Positions 34,017-42,971 of a DNA stretch of 64,000 nucleotides are shown here, piece by piece. The position numbers and the translations under genes were made by a program. The DNA lies in the NCBI GenBank assembly GCA_043811375.1, contig JBDRNJ010000006.1:1-64000 (forward strand). Reading direction: 5' to 3'. Numbering within the stretch: position 1 is the stretch's first letter; each line of letters opens with the position of its first letter. The notes under the pieces were generated by a model. That model saw only the letters and a program-made list of their open reading frames with translations. It was not told the origin of the DNA and did not search any database. The DNA is from a bacterium. Lineage in GTDB: Bacteria > Zixibacteria > MSB-5A5 > GN15 > FEB-12.

Positions 34017-34442
34017 ATGGGACATCGGGACAAAGTCAACAAACTGGGACGTACCAAGTCACACCGGGAAGCAATGCTGGCCAATATGGCTATGTCGCTG
34101 TTTAGCCACCGAGTGATCAAGACTACCGACGCCAAAGCCAAGGCGCTTAAACCACTGGTGGATCGCATTATCTCTACTGCCAAAAAGGACACTCTGGCAG
34201 CTAAACGGCAGGTGGCGCGCACAATTCACCAGAAATCGGTTTTCAAGAAGCTCTTTGGCGAAATAGTGCCGCACTTTACCGACCGGGAGTCAGGCTTCAC
34301 ACGTATTGTCAAGCTGGGTGTTCGCCGTGGCGATGGCGCCCCCATTTCGGTGGTGGAGTTGCTTACTCCCAAACCGGAAGCTGACAAGGACAAAAAGGGT
34401 AAAAAAGGCAAAAAGGACAAGAAGGCCGCTGCCGCAAAGTAA
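34017..34442 (+). CDS. rplQ: 50S ribosomal protein L17
   Basis: KLGRTKSHR; RRGDGA; K-rich tail. Confidence 0.97.
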   Translation: MGHRDKVNKLGRTKSHREAMLANMAMSLFSHRVIKTTDAKAKALKPLVDRIISTAKKDTLAAKRQVARTIHQKSVFKKLFGEIVPHFTDRESGFTRIVKLGVRRGDGAPISVVELLTPKPEADKDKKGKKGKKDKKAAAAK

Positions 34443-34681
34443 GACGCCCTGTCTCTTCACGCGGAACTTTTGATCGGTTTTCTTGTGGCACCGGATCGGG
34501 GGCTTGTGCTCACCGGACATCCTTAAGCTTTTTTCGGGAAGTAGTTGTCGGAAGGATACGTTCGACTCTACCCGGGATAACGGGGAAAGCTCCTCTTATT
34601 TAACAGTCAACTTCCGGGACAACTTTTGTACACCACTCATCGTGTGGTTTTTCTTTGCTCGGAAGACTTCAAAACAGCAGA

Positions 34682-34926
34682 GGTTTTGACCTGCAACTCC
34701 GCGTAGCGGGTGCCGAGGGCACATTTATTGCATCCGCCGGTGGCATCGCCACTTTTATTGGCATCACCAGTGACAAGTCAGTGGCAAGCCACCTTTTACG
34801 CGCGGTCAGGAATCCTTTCCTGACCGCACCAAATGTAACCGTCACGAAAGGATTCGTGACGGCGCAAGAAAAACGGGGTGATTGTCCTGCTGCTACAGGG
34901 TTTTGACCTGCAAGACCTGGCAGGTC
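34682..34926. repeat. REP-like palindrome cluster (inverted doublet inside a 15-nt direct repeat)
   Basis: GCGGTCAGG-AATCCTTT-CCTGACCGC (34802-34827) and CCGTCACG-AAAGGATT-CGTGACGG (34839-34862); GGTTTTGACCTGCAA at 34682 and 34899; homologous to 62886-62978 on the opposite strand. Confidence 0.75.
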
Positions 34927-35102
34927 TGTTTAAGACCCCCCCCGCGATGCCGACTGCAGAAGTCAACATGACCTGAGCTGCCGTTGCCTGAAGGGCTTTA
35001 TTTACTACTTGCCAATGTTCGCGGCGCCAACTACTATATAACAACCTGAATGAACCTGAATGAACTTTGAAAAAAACCAACTTATCAAGAGAGTGATATG
35101 AA

Positions 35103-35552
35103 ATGACTGAAGGAACAGCGAAGAAAGGGATGTCCAAAGGCTGCCTGGTTGCCCTGATTGTGGTGGCCGCAGTGCTGCTGGTGGTGATAATCGGGGGTGT
35201 AGTCATCTACCTGGAGAAGGACTCGTTGACCCGCCAGGGCGCTTCCACTCTGGTTACGGATATCAAGGACAAGGTTAATCAGAATCCGGCACCCGGTGTC
35301 GACACAGTTCGGTTCAATGCAGTGGCCGACGGTTTTGTTGCCAAACTTGATGAATCGGAAATCAAAGTCGAGGAGATTCTTCCCTTCTTGCAGTCAACGC
35401 AGGCGATGGCGGCTGACAGAACGCTGGATTCGCTGGAGTCGGAGCAGTTGTTACAGTCGATGATTGATTTCTTCCCGGAACTCGAGCAGTTGCTACCGCC
35501 ACCCGTGATCGAGGATACCACTTTGACCGAGGATTCACTGGTTACTGAATAG
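35103..35552 (+). CDS. Hypothetical membrane-anchored protein
   Basis: KKGMSKGC then one TM helix and an acidic C-terminal domain. Confidence 0.75.
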   Translation: MTEGTAKKGMSKGCLVALIVVAAVLLVVIIGGVVIYLEKDSLTRQGASTLVTDIKDKVNQNPAPGVDTVRFNAVADGFVAKLDESEIKVEEILPFLQSTQAMAADRTLDSLESEQLLQSMIDFFPELEQLLPPPVIEDTTLTEDSLVTE

Positions 35553-35609
35553 ACGCCGTCGGCTCCCGGTCTTTATGGCCAACTGACAGGGCCAAAAACG
35601 AAGGAAAAC

Positions 35610-36269
35610 ATGGTAATCGCGGCGCCGATCATCATGGCCTATCTGTTGGGGAGTATTCCCTTCGGTTTTCTCGTGAGTCGTGCGTTCGGTGTCGGAGACA
35701 TCCGGCAGCACGGCTCCGGAAATATTGGTGCTACCAACGTCTGGCGTGTGATTGGTCCCCGGGCGGCCGCGTGGACCTACGTCGGCGACATCGGCAAGGG
35801 CGCGGCGGCGGTGCTGCTGGCACGATACTGGTTAGGCGCGTTTGATGTGACGCCTGGTATTGTCGATCCGCTGCTGGTGGCAACGGCCCTGGCGGCCGTG
35901 ACAGGACACATGTTTCCGGTTTACCTCCGTTTCCGGGGAGGCAAAGGAGTCAGCACCGCTCTGGGGGGGGTGATGGTGTTGCTGCCTTTGGAATCTCTGG
36001 CAGGGTTACTTGTGTTTGTTCTGGTGGTAGCGTTCAGTCGGTACATATCGCTGGGTTCGATGGCCGGTGCGGTCAGTCTGGGAGTGGTCGTAGTCACCGA
36101 AAAGTACCTGCTGCAGCGTGATATTGCGGTGATTTATGTCGGTCTGGCTGCGGTTCTGGCGGTGTTGATAGTGCTGACTCATCGCCACAACATCGGCCGT
36201 CTTCTGTCGGGCACGGAAAACAAGTTCTCGCTGTCGTCCGGATCGGGTAAGGATCAGTCTGATGTCTGA
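35610..36269 (+). CDS. plsY: Acyl-phosphate:glycerol-3-phosphate acyltransferase
   Basis: YLLGSIP; GSGNIGATN; GHMFP..FRGGKGV; HRHNI. Confidence 0.96.
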   Translation: MVIAAPIIMAYLLGSIPFGFLVSRAFGVGDIRQHGSGNIGATNVWRVIGPRAAAWTYVGDIGKGAAAVLLARYWLGAFDVTPGIVDPLLVATALAAVTGHMFPVYLRFRGGKGVSTALGGVMVLLPLESLAGLLVFVLVVAFSRYISLGSMAGAVSLGVVVVTEKYLLQRDIAVIYVGLAAVLAVLIVLTHRHNIGRLLSGTENKFSLSSGSGKDQSDV

Positions 36270-37266
36270 AAAGATAGCTATACTCGGCGCCGGTTCATGG
36301 GGCATGGCGATAGCGCGCCTATTGGCCGGCAATGGCCTGGCTGCCACCTTGTGGGAATTTGATCCGCAGGATTTTGAGATACTGTGCTCCCGTCGCGGCC
36401 ATCCGGACAAGCTGCCTGGTATCATCTTGCCGGAGTCGGTAAGCATAACCAACGATCCTGATGATGCCGTCAGTGACAGCAGCCTGATAGTGCTGGCGAT
36501 TCCTTCCCAGGCATTGCGCTCAGCACTGGTGCGGCTGCGCGGCCGACTCGATCATACCGCAGGTCTGGTCAACCTGGCCAAGGGAATCGAAACCACCACG
36601 CTGAGTCGTATGTCGGAAGTAATTACCGAAGAACTGGGCCTGTCGATAGAGAACATAGTCACGCTGTCGGGTCCGTCGCACGCCGAGGAGGTTGCGAAGG
36701 ATATGCCCACCGCTGTGGTGGCGGCCGGTGGCGGGCAGCTTGTCGCCCGGGTTCAGGAATTGTTCAGCAATCGCTTCTTCCGGGTGTACCAGAGCGACGA
36801 TCTGATCGGTGTTGAGTTGGGCGGTTCACTGAAGAACATAATCGCAATTGCAGCCGGGATTGCCGATGGGCTCGGTTTGGGAGACAACACCCGGGGCGCT
36901 ATTATCACGCGGGGCCTGGCTGAGATCACCCGGCTGGGGGTGGCGCTGGGTGCACGCGCCGAGACTTTTGCCGGTTTGTCGGGTATTGGCGATCTGGTAA
37001 CTACCTGTACCTCGCGGCACAGTCGCAACCGCTTTGTCGGGGATAAAATCGGCCAGGGGCAGAAACTGAGCGAAATCCTGGCCGCTATGCACATGGTGGC
37101 CGAAGGAGTGGAAACAACCCGGTCCGGGTATGAGTTGGCGACGGCTTACAGCGTTGAGATGCCGATTACGCGGGAGGTATACGCGGTACTGTTTGAGGAG
37201 AAATCTCCCCGGACGGCGGTGGACGACCTTATGGGTCGGGAATTGAAGGCAGAAATATGGCGGTGA
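36262..37266 (+). CDS. gpsA: NAD(P)H-dependent glycerol-3-phosphate dehydrogenase
   Basis: GAGSWG; SGPSHAEEV; GDLVTTC..SRN. Confidence 0.97.
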   Translation: MSEKIAILGAGSWGMAIARLLAGNGLAATLWEFDPQDFEILCSRRGHPDKLPGIILPESVSITNDPDDAVSDSSLIVLAIPSQALRSALVRLRGRLDHTAGLVNLAKGIETTTLSRMSEVITEELGLSIENIVTLSGPSHAEEVAKDMPTAVVAAGGGQLVARVQELFSNRFFRVYQSDDLIGVELGGSLKNIIAIAAGIADGLGLGDNTRGAIITRGLAEITRLGVALGARAETFAGLSGIGDLVTTCTSRHSRNRFVGDKIGQGQKLSEILAAMHMVAEGVETTRSGYELATAYSVEMPITREVYAVLFEEKSPRTAVDDLMGRELKAEIWR

Positions 37267-37289
37267 ACATAGATGGGAGAAACAACAAA

Positions 37290-37640
37290 ATGAAGAAAGC
37301 CGGTGTTGCAACCAGGCGGTACTATTCTATCAGCGAGGTGTCACGTATGACCGGCCTTCAGGCATACGTACTGCGATACTGGGAGAAGGAATTTCCTCTC
37401 CTGAAACCGCGCAAAAACCGGGGTGGGAATCGCGCTTATACCGACAAGGACATCGAACTGATTAACCGCATCAAGCACCTGCGCACCAAAGAGAAATTGA
37501 CGATTGCCGGAGCGCGAACCAAATTGATGATGAAACGCGGCAGTGAGCAGAAGACCGCTCTGCGAACCTCGGCACGTGCCGAAACTCTCATCGGCCAGAT
37601 CAGAAAAGAGGTACAGGATCTGCTCGGCTTTTTCTCTTGA
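37290..37640 (+). CDS. MerR-family HTH regulator
   Basis: YYSISEVS..VLRYWEKEF..GNRAY; followed by tRNA-Pro(GGG), a common arrangement. Confidence 0.9.
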   Translation: MKKAGVATRRYYSISEVSRMTGLQAYVLRYWEKEFPLLKPRKNRGGNRAYTDKDIELINRIKHLRTKEKLTIAGARTKLMMKRGSEQKTALRTSARAETLIGQIRKEVQDLLGFFS

Positions 37641-37700
37641 GTTATGGCGTTTCTTTGGTAAATTGAGGGTGACACCGCCTTCAACAAGGTGTTTTCGAGT

Positions 37701-37778
37701 CGGAGCGTGGCGCAGTATGGTTAGCGCACTCGCTTGGGGTGCGAGAGGTCGGCCGTTCAAATCGGCTCGCTCCGACCA
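37701..37778 (+). tRNA. tRNA-Pro(GGG)
   Basis: CTCGC-TT-GGG-GT-GCGAG anticodon arm; GTTCAAATC; encoded CCA. Confidence 0.96.
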
Positions 37779-37847
37779 TTTTCCGAATCCCGGTGCAGTT
37801 CCATCCATCGCTGCGTTACCCGGTAACTTTTTCGACCGCCGAACGGT

Positions 37848-38528
37848 ATGGGCAATCTGAATCGACTCTCCTGCTTAGTGCTGGTGCCGGCATACAATGC
37901 CGCAGACCATTTGCCGGAACTGATCGCCCGGATCAGGAAGTATGTGTGTGACGACAACCTGCTGGTTATAGATGACGGCAGCACCGATGACACCGTGACG
38001 GTTCTTAAAACCCAGGGCGTCAATTACATCTCTTATCCTCAGAATCGTGGCAAGGGGAGCGCCCTTATGACCGGTTTTCGTTATGCTGTCGACGGCGGCT
38101 TCCGTTCGGTTCTCACCCTGGATGCCGATCTGCAACATCTACCGGAGGAAATCCCCCGCTTCTATGCTTTAGACAACGGTCATCGGCTGCTGCTGGGTGT
38201 TCGCCGTATCTCATTGGATGATATGCCGTTAGGTCGATGGTTGTCCAACAGTATGACATCTCTTATCGTCTCGGTGTTTTCCAATCAACCCATCCGCGAC
38301 AGCCAATCTGGTTTCCGTTTGATTCCCATCGACATGTTGAGGTTGTTGAAACTTAAGACTCATCGGTACGATTTCGAATCGGAAATGTTGTTAAAGGCGG
38401 CGTCTCTGGGGTTTACTGTCGTGCCGGTGCCGATCTCTACCGTGTACGCCGGTTCTCGTTCTTATATAAATCCGCCGGCGGATACGGTGCGTTTCGTGCG
38501 ACAGGTGCTGAGAAGTCTCTGGTACTGA
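37848..38528 (+). CDS. GT2 glycosyltransferase (DPM1-like)
   Basis: VPAYN; IDDGSTD; NRGKG; DADLQH; DSQSGFR. Confidence 0.93.
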   Translation: MGNLNRLSCLVLVPAYNAADHLPELIARIRKYVCDDNLLVIDDGSTDDTVTVLKTQGVNYISYPQNRGKGSALMTGFRYAVDGGFRSVLTLDADLQHLPEEIPRFYALDNGHRLLLGVRRISLDDMPLGRWLSNSMTSLIVSVFSNQPIRDSQSGFRLIPIDMLRLLKLKTHRYDFESEMLLKAASLGFTVVPVPISTVYAGSRSYINPPADTVRFVRQVLRSLWY

Positions 38529-38608
38529 CGTGAAGACTTGCCTTCCGTCTCCATGTATGTTAGACTGTCAGCCATGAAGCTGGAGTATACAAGGGATTAA
38601 ATTGCATT

Positions 38609-39376
38609 ATGTCTAAGAAGATGCGGATACTACTGACCAACGATGACGGCTATTTCTCAGACGGTATCAAAGTGCTGTTTCGGGAACTGAGCAAATCCGC
38701 GAATGTGTACATGGTGGCACCGGACAGGGAACAATCCGCGTCGTCTCATTCGCTCACTCTGGAACGACCGCTGCGGGTGCAGAAACTGGGTGAACGGTGC
38801 TACACAATCGATGGCACACCTACTGACTGTGTTATGCTGGGCGTCCATATGGTGCTTAAACGGCGCCCTCCACATATGATAATTTCGGGTATCAACCATG
38901 GCGCCAACATGGGCGAGGATGTGACCTATTCGGGAACTGTCGCCGCCGCCATCGAAGGGTCAATCCTGGGTATCCCCTCGCTGGCTGTTTCTATGGTTGA
39001 CTGGGCGCTGGGTACCCCGATGACGCGAGCCGCCCGGTTTGTCTGTCGGATGGTATCGCGGTACCGGCAACTCGGACTCGATCCGGCAACTTTTCTCAAT
39101 ATCAATCTTCCGCCCGATTCCGGCCGACCGTATCGGCGTTTCCGTTTCACCAGTCTGGGTGTACGTCAGTACCGGGATTACGTGATACACAAGACCGATC
39201 CCAGGGGCAAAGCCTACTACTGGATAGGTGGTTACCCAACCTGGAAAGCCACCCCGGGGTCTGATTTTGAAGCTGTCGACAGTGGTTCCGTATCGATCAC
39301 CCCACTGAAGCTGGATTTTACCGACAGTGGCTCCCTCAAGCGACTGCAGCATCTTGACCTGAAGGTGCTTTCCTGA
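38609..39376 (+). CDS. surE: 5'/3'-nucleotidase SurE
   Basis: ILLTNDDG; GTPTDCV; SGINHGANMG..YSGTV. Confidence 0.97.
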   Translation: MSKKMRILLTNDDGYFSDGIKVLFRELSKSANVYMVAPDREQSASSHSLTLERPLRVQKLGERCYTIDGTPTDCVMLGVHMVLKRRPPHMIISGINHGANMGEDVTYSGTVAAAIEGSILGIPSLAVSMVDWALGTPMTRAARFVCRMVSRYRQLGLDPATFLNINLPPDSGRPYRRFRFTSLGVRQYRDYVIHKTDPRGKAYYWIGGYPTWKATPGSDFEAVDSGSVSITPLKLDFTDSGSLKRLQHLDLKVLS

Positions 39377-39438
39377 GGAGTTTCCATATAGACAGGGATG
39401 GCAGTCTGGCAGCGACCGGATTCGAGTTACGAAAATCG

Positions 39439-39466
39439 TTGACAATCGATATCTGGAACGTATAAT
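39439..39466 (+). promoter_or_regulatory. Consensus sigma70 promoter for tRNA-Pro(CGG)
   Basis: TTGACA-N16-TATAAT. Confidence 0.8.
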
Positions 39467-39490
39467 AAAGCTTCGTTAGGACAGAAGTTT

Positions 39491-39564
39491 CGGGGCGTAG
39501 CGCAGTTTGGTAGCGCACTTGGTTCGGGACTAAGGAGTCGCTGGTTCAAATCCAGTCGCCCCGA
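39491..39564 (+). tRNA. tRNA-Pro(CGG)
   Basis: CTTGG-TT-CGG-GA-CTAAG anticodon arm; GTTCAAATC; CCA not encoded. Confidence 0.95.
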
Positions 39565-39667
39565 TTTTCTTCCTGGTGTTAGTGGCTGCAAGATGCCAGA
39601 ACACGGGGCTGAGGTGAGGCAGAGCATCACGTGAAGCCCCCATCTCTCAGAGCGAGGATATTACATC

Positions 39668-40141
39668 ATGTCAGGCAACCGAAAACTTATGATCGCCGTG
39701 GTAGGAGCGGGCAAGTGCTCCAAGAAACTGCGGGATACGGCCGCCGTGGTCGGCAAGTACGTAGCCGAACAGGGCGGAATCGTGGTCTGTGGGGGCATGG
39801 GGGGCATCATGGAGGGGGCAGCCAGGGGAGCTAAAGAAGCCGGCGGTATCACTATCGGCATCCTGCCCACGGGTGATAAGGCTGACGCCAACGAGTACAT
39901 CGACTATGCCATTCCGACCGGTTTTGGTGAAGCTCGTAATATTATAGTAGTCAGAACCGCGGACGCGGTTGTCGCTTTTCCGGGCAAATACGGCACTTTG
40001 TCCGAAATGGCCTTCGCGCTGCACGCCGGGAAACCCGTGATCGCCATCAATGCCTGGCGGCTGGGTGATGAAATCGTACAAGTCGATGACCCGTTAGAGG
40101 CCGCCAAACTGGCGATGGAACTGGCTGCAAAGGGAAAGTGA
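39668..40141 (+). CDS. LOG-superfamily (TIGR00725-like) nucleotide-binding protein
   Basis: VCGGMGGIMEG; GILP; GEARN; GKYGTLSE. Confidence 0.88.
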   Translation: MSGNRKLMIAVVGAGKCSKKLRDTAAVVGKYVAEQGGIVVCGGMGGIMEGAARGAKEAGGITIGILPTGDKADANEYIDYAIPTGFGEARNIIVVRTADAVVAFPGKYGTLSEMAFALHAGKPVIAINAWRLGDEIVQVDDPLEAAKLAMELAAKGK

Positions 40142-40416
40142 ATTCAGTCGGAGTCCGGTTGACCATTCGGGGGAATGTGCAGGGAGTGGGTTACCGTTAT
40201 TACTGCTACCGCCGAGCGGCCGGTCTCGGTGTCGGAGGCTGGGTTAAAAACAACCCCGATGGTTCGGTTTCGGTTGCCGCCGAGGGAGAGCGGAGTCTGC
40301 TGGAGGAACTGATAAAAGACCTCAAGGTCGGTCCGCCCGGTGCGGTGGTGACGGATATCGATGTGACATGGGAAAAATTATCGGGAAGCTATCAAGGTTT
40401 TAATATTACCCACTGA
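40138..40416 (+). CDS. acyP: Acylphosphatase
   Basis: GNVQGVGYR; GWVKN..DGSV. Confidence 0.94.
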   Translation: MNSVGVRLTIRGNVQGVGYRYYCYRRAAGLGVGGWVKNNPDGSVSVAAEGERSLLEELIKDLKVGPPGAVVTDIDVTWEKLSGSYQGFNITH

Positions 40417-40434
40417 ATATCAAAGGCTGCAATC

Positions 40435-40959
40435 ATGCAGGAATTGAAAAAGTACGTCCGTATGGTTCCTGATTTCCCTCGCCCGGGAATCAGTTTCTAT
40501 GACATAACCACTCTCCTGGCCGACCCGGCCGGGTTCAAACTGGCCCTGGGACAAATGGAAAAGTACGTCCAGACACGTCGGGCGCAGCGGTTGGTCGGTA
40601 TTGAGTCGCGCGGATTTCTTTTTGCGGCCGCCCTGGCGGACAGGTTGAACATTGGTCTGGCGGTGGCACGCAAACCCGGTAAACTGCCCTACCGAACCGT
40701 TTCACGTCAGTATGATCTCGAGTACGGCACCGACAGCGTCGAACTGCACCAGGACGCTGTGGCGCCGGGGGAACGAGTGGTAGTGGTGGATGATCTTATC
40801 GCCACCGGCGGGACGCTGCAGGCGGTGTGTCAGTTGGTCCAGCAGTTGGGAGCCGAAGTGGTCGGTGTCTCCGCCGTCATTGACCTGTCGTTTCTGCCGT
40901 GGCGGGAGAAGCTGGCCGGGCATGACGTGAACTGCCTGGTTTCTTTCGATTCGGAGTGA
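40435..40959 (+). CDS. apt: Adenine phosphoribosyltransferase
   Basis: PDFPRPGI; ESRGF; RKPGKLP; VVDDLIATGGT. Confidence 0.97.
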   Translation: MQELKKYVRMVPDFPRPGISFYDITTLLADPAGFKLALGQMEKYVQTRRAQRLVGIESRGFLFAAALADRLNIGLAVARKPGKLPYRTVSRQYDLEYGTDSVELHQDAVAPGERVVVVDDLIATGGTLQAVCQLVQQLGAEVVGVSAVIDLSFLPWREKLAGHDVNCLVSFDSE

Positions 40960-41046
40960 AGCCCACTTGTGTCATGACGGCTTTGACTTAACCGTTGACT
41001 CACCTGCCGGCGTCTGTTTTCTTGTTTAGGGACTGGTTTTTTCGAT

Positions 41047-41120
41047 GCCCCCGTAGCTCAGTCGGATAGAGCAGCGGTTTCCTAAACCGCGGGCCGCAGG
41101 TTCGATTCCTGCCGGGGGTA
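41047..41120 (+). tRNA. tRNA-Arg(CCT)
   Basis: GCGGT-TT-CCT-AA-ACCGC anticodon arm; GTTCGATTC; CCA not encoded. Confidence 0.96.
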
Positions 41121-41241
41121 TTTGAATGACGGAGATTATTTCTGGTAAGCAGGGTTGGTATAATCACACCCAAAAAAGGTTTGAGGGTACCACCCCGTCG
41201 CCTGTCAGCTACAAAGACATTTGAGTTATGAGGAGAGAGGC

Positions 41242-42042
41242 ATGGCAAAGTGGTCAAAAGAAGAAGCGTTGCGGGAGCTTCATCGGTTGCGAGTCGCGAC
41301 AGAAGAATTGAAATCCCAGCGAAGATATTCTGCAGATCACACGCGGTGGCTGGTCAACTGTCTTGAGCTTCTAGAGGATGTTTTTGGGCATGATTCGCGG
41401 TACTACATGACCTTTGCCAAGCTAGAGTGGCAGCGTACTGGTACCGTTCTTGTAGGCGGCCCTGGTGATCCTTGGGGCAGCCGTAATCCCGCAGCAGCAC
41501 TGGAACGTGAACATCAGGAAGCCTACGTGGCGACTCTGGACAGCGCGTCAGGACTTCTGCAAGCGGCATCCGACTTGTTAGAACAATCCGAATTGGCAGA
41601 GGTATACCAAGGCAAGGATACTCCACCCGAATCAAGCGCAATAGTAAGAATCATTAACCTGTGTGACAGGCAATTACGAAAGGTAATTAGGGACAAACCA
41701 CGGAAAGAAAAAGAGGTTCAAGATGGCTTGGAGAATCTACTAATAGGAGCTACCGTTGAATATGCGCGGGAATCAGATCACATTGAGTTTTCTTCGAAGA
41801 CATATGTTCCTGATTTCACATTCTCGAAAATCGATTTAGCACTGGAAGTAAAACTTTGCGGCAGTAATGAACGAGAAAAAGCAATGATAGGCGAAATAAG
41901 TGATGATATCCTCGCCTACCAGACGAAATATGGAAACTTGCTGTTTGTCATTTATGACAATGGTTTCATAAGGGATACCGACAGATTCAAGCGGGATTTC
42001 GAGAGATCCGAGAACGTCATCATTGTGGTCGTGAAGCATTAG
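41242..42042 (+). CDS. PD-(D/E)XK nuclease-fold protein (DpnII/MboI-like REase C-terminal domain)
   Basis: EKEVQD..VPDF..LALEVK..DILAY..FVIYD; strong GAGGAG RBS. Confidence 0.75.
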   Translation: MAKWSKEEALRELHRLRVATEELKSQRRYSADHTRWLVNCLELLEDVFGHDSRYYMTFAKLEWQRTGTVLVGGPGDPWGSRNPAAALEREHQEAYVATLDSASGLLQAASDLLEQSELAEVYQGKDTPPESSAIVRIINLCDRQLRKVIRDKPRKEKEVQDGLENLLIGATVEYARESDHIEFSSKTYVPDFTFSKIDLALEVKLCGSNEREKAMIGEISDDILAYQTKYGNLLFVIYDNGFIRDTDRFKRDFERSENVIIVVVKH

Positions 42043-42320
42043 GAATTGCGTTGTATGGATTCTGGTTGGGCGCTCGCCGAATTGTCATTGGGAAGATGCA
42101 CTTCTTGGAATTCGAAACTACAGCCGTTTGGACGCAACCGTATCTACACGGAGAATACCGAGAGCTGCAGGGCTTTAGCCCATTGGAGACCGGGGGAATT
42201 CAAAGCCGATGGTTCGCGAATCGTTCAACTCGAAGTATAGAGATGGTGAGTGAATCTGTAGTTACCGCAGACTTTTCGTCTCACCGGACTGGGTAATCAA
42301 GAAAGGAAAGAAAGATAAAT

Positions 42321-42527
42321 ATGTCAGACGTAAAATACTGGTTTGGATTCAGACAGACGTCACCAAAACCACCTGGTCAAGCTATAGCCTGCGGTCCCTA
42401 TTCAACGCAAGAAGAAGCCCGGATCGAGAGGGAAAAAGCCAAAGCATGGGACTGTGAGGTTTCCATTCCATATATGGCATCAACTCAAAAAGAAGCAAAA
42501 GAAAAGGCAAAAGAGTTTATGTCATGA
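42321..42527 (+). CDS. Small hypothetical protein (68 aa)
   Basis: ATG after a purine-rich leader; GPYSTQEEA / ASTQKEA internal repeat. Confidence 0.6.
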   Translation: MSDVKYWFGFRQTSPKPPGQAIACGPYSTQEEARIEREKAKAWDCEVSIPYMASTQKEAKEKAKEFMS

Positions 42528-42864
42528 CGTTCATAATCACAATCAGCCAGGTTGCACACCATTTCATGGGGGGATTCACTGAACGCTGGTGGCAATCCAC
42601 CTCCCGTCCACCCGGTAGCCCACATAACAGATCGGTTCTTTCAGCTCACTAGCGCAAGAACTCAATCCTAACGGTTCGTAAATCATTCAGTTCGGGGGTA
42701 TTTTGAATCAGGAAATAGTATCTGGGAAACAGGGTCAGTGTAATCGCACCCAAACAAGTTTGAGGGTGCCACCCGTCGGTCGCTCCCCGGGTCAAACGCC
42801 CGGTAGTCGGCTCAACTCGTTTTCGGCTAACGCAATAGCTTCGCCAATAATTTTCAAAAACGGT

Positions 42865-42893
42865 TTGACACGGGCGTCGAACAGGCATATATT
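42865..42893 (+). promoter_or_regulatory. Putative sigma70 promoter
   Basis: TTGACA-N17-TATATT upstream of the outer-membrane protein gene. Confidence 0.6.
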
Positions 42894-42971
42894 CGTTAGT
42901 CGATTTCAGCCCTCTGTGCGTCTGTAAGAGAGTTGGAAAAACAGGTGTTTATGAATAAAGGAGTTGAGAGT

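Larger units (their letters stand above)
41113..42778. mobile_element. Small integrase-less island at the tRNA-Arg 3' end
   Basis: About 87-nt degenerate direct repeat (41113-41200 vs 42693-42778) beginning with the tRNA 3' end CGGGGGTA; interior more A-rich than flanks. Confidence 0.6.

Noticed and set aside
34655..34906. Short ORFs 34655-34906 and 62781-63014 with similar translations (AVRNPFLTA..TAQEK)
   Set aside because: The similarity comes from the shared palindromic DNA repeat, not from a protein family.
35081..35100. TTATCAAGAGAG resembling the start of a SAM-I riboswitch
   Set aside because: It runs straight into the RBS and start of the next CDS, with no remaining SAM-I helices.
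42046..42296. Two short overlapping ORFs inside the tRNA-Arg island
   Set aside because: Weak starts and no motifs; may be gene remnants but cannot be supported.
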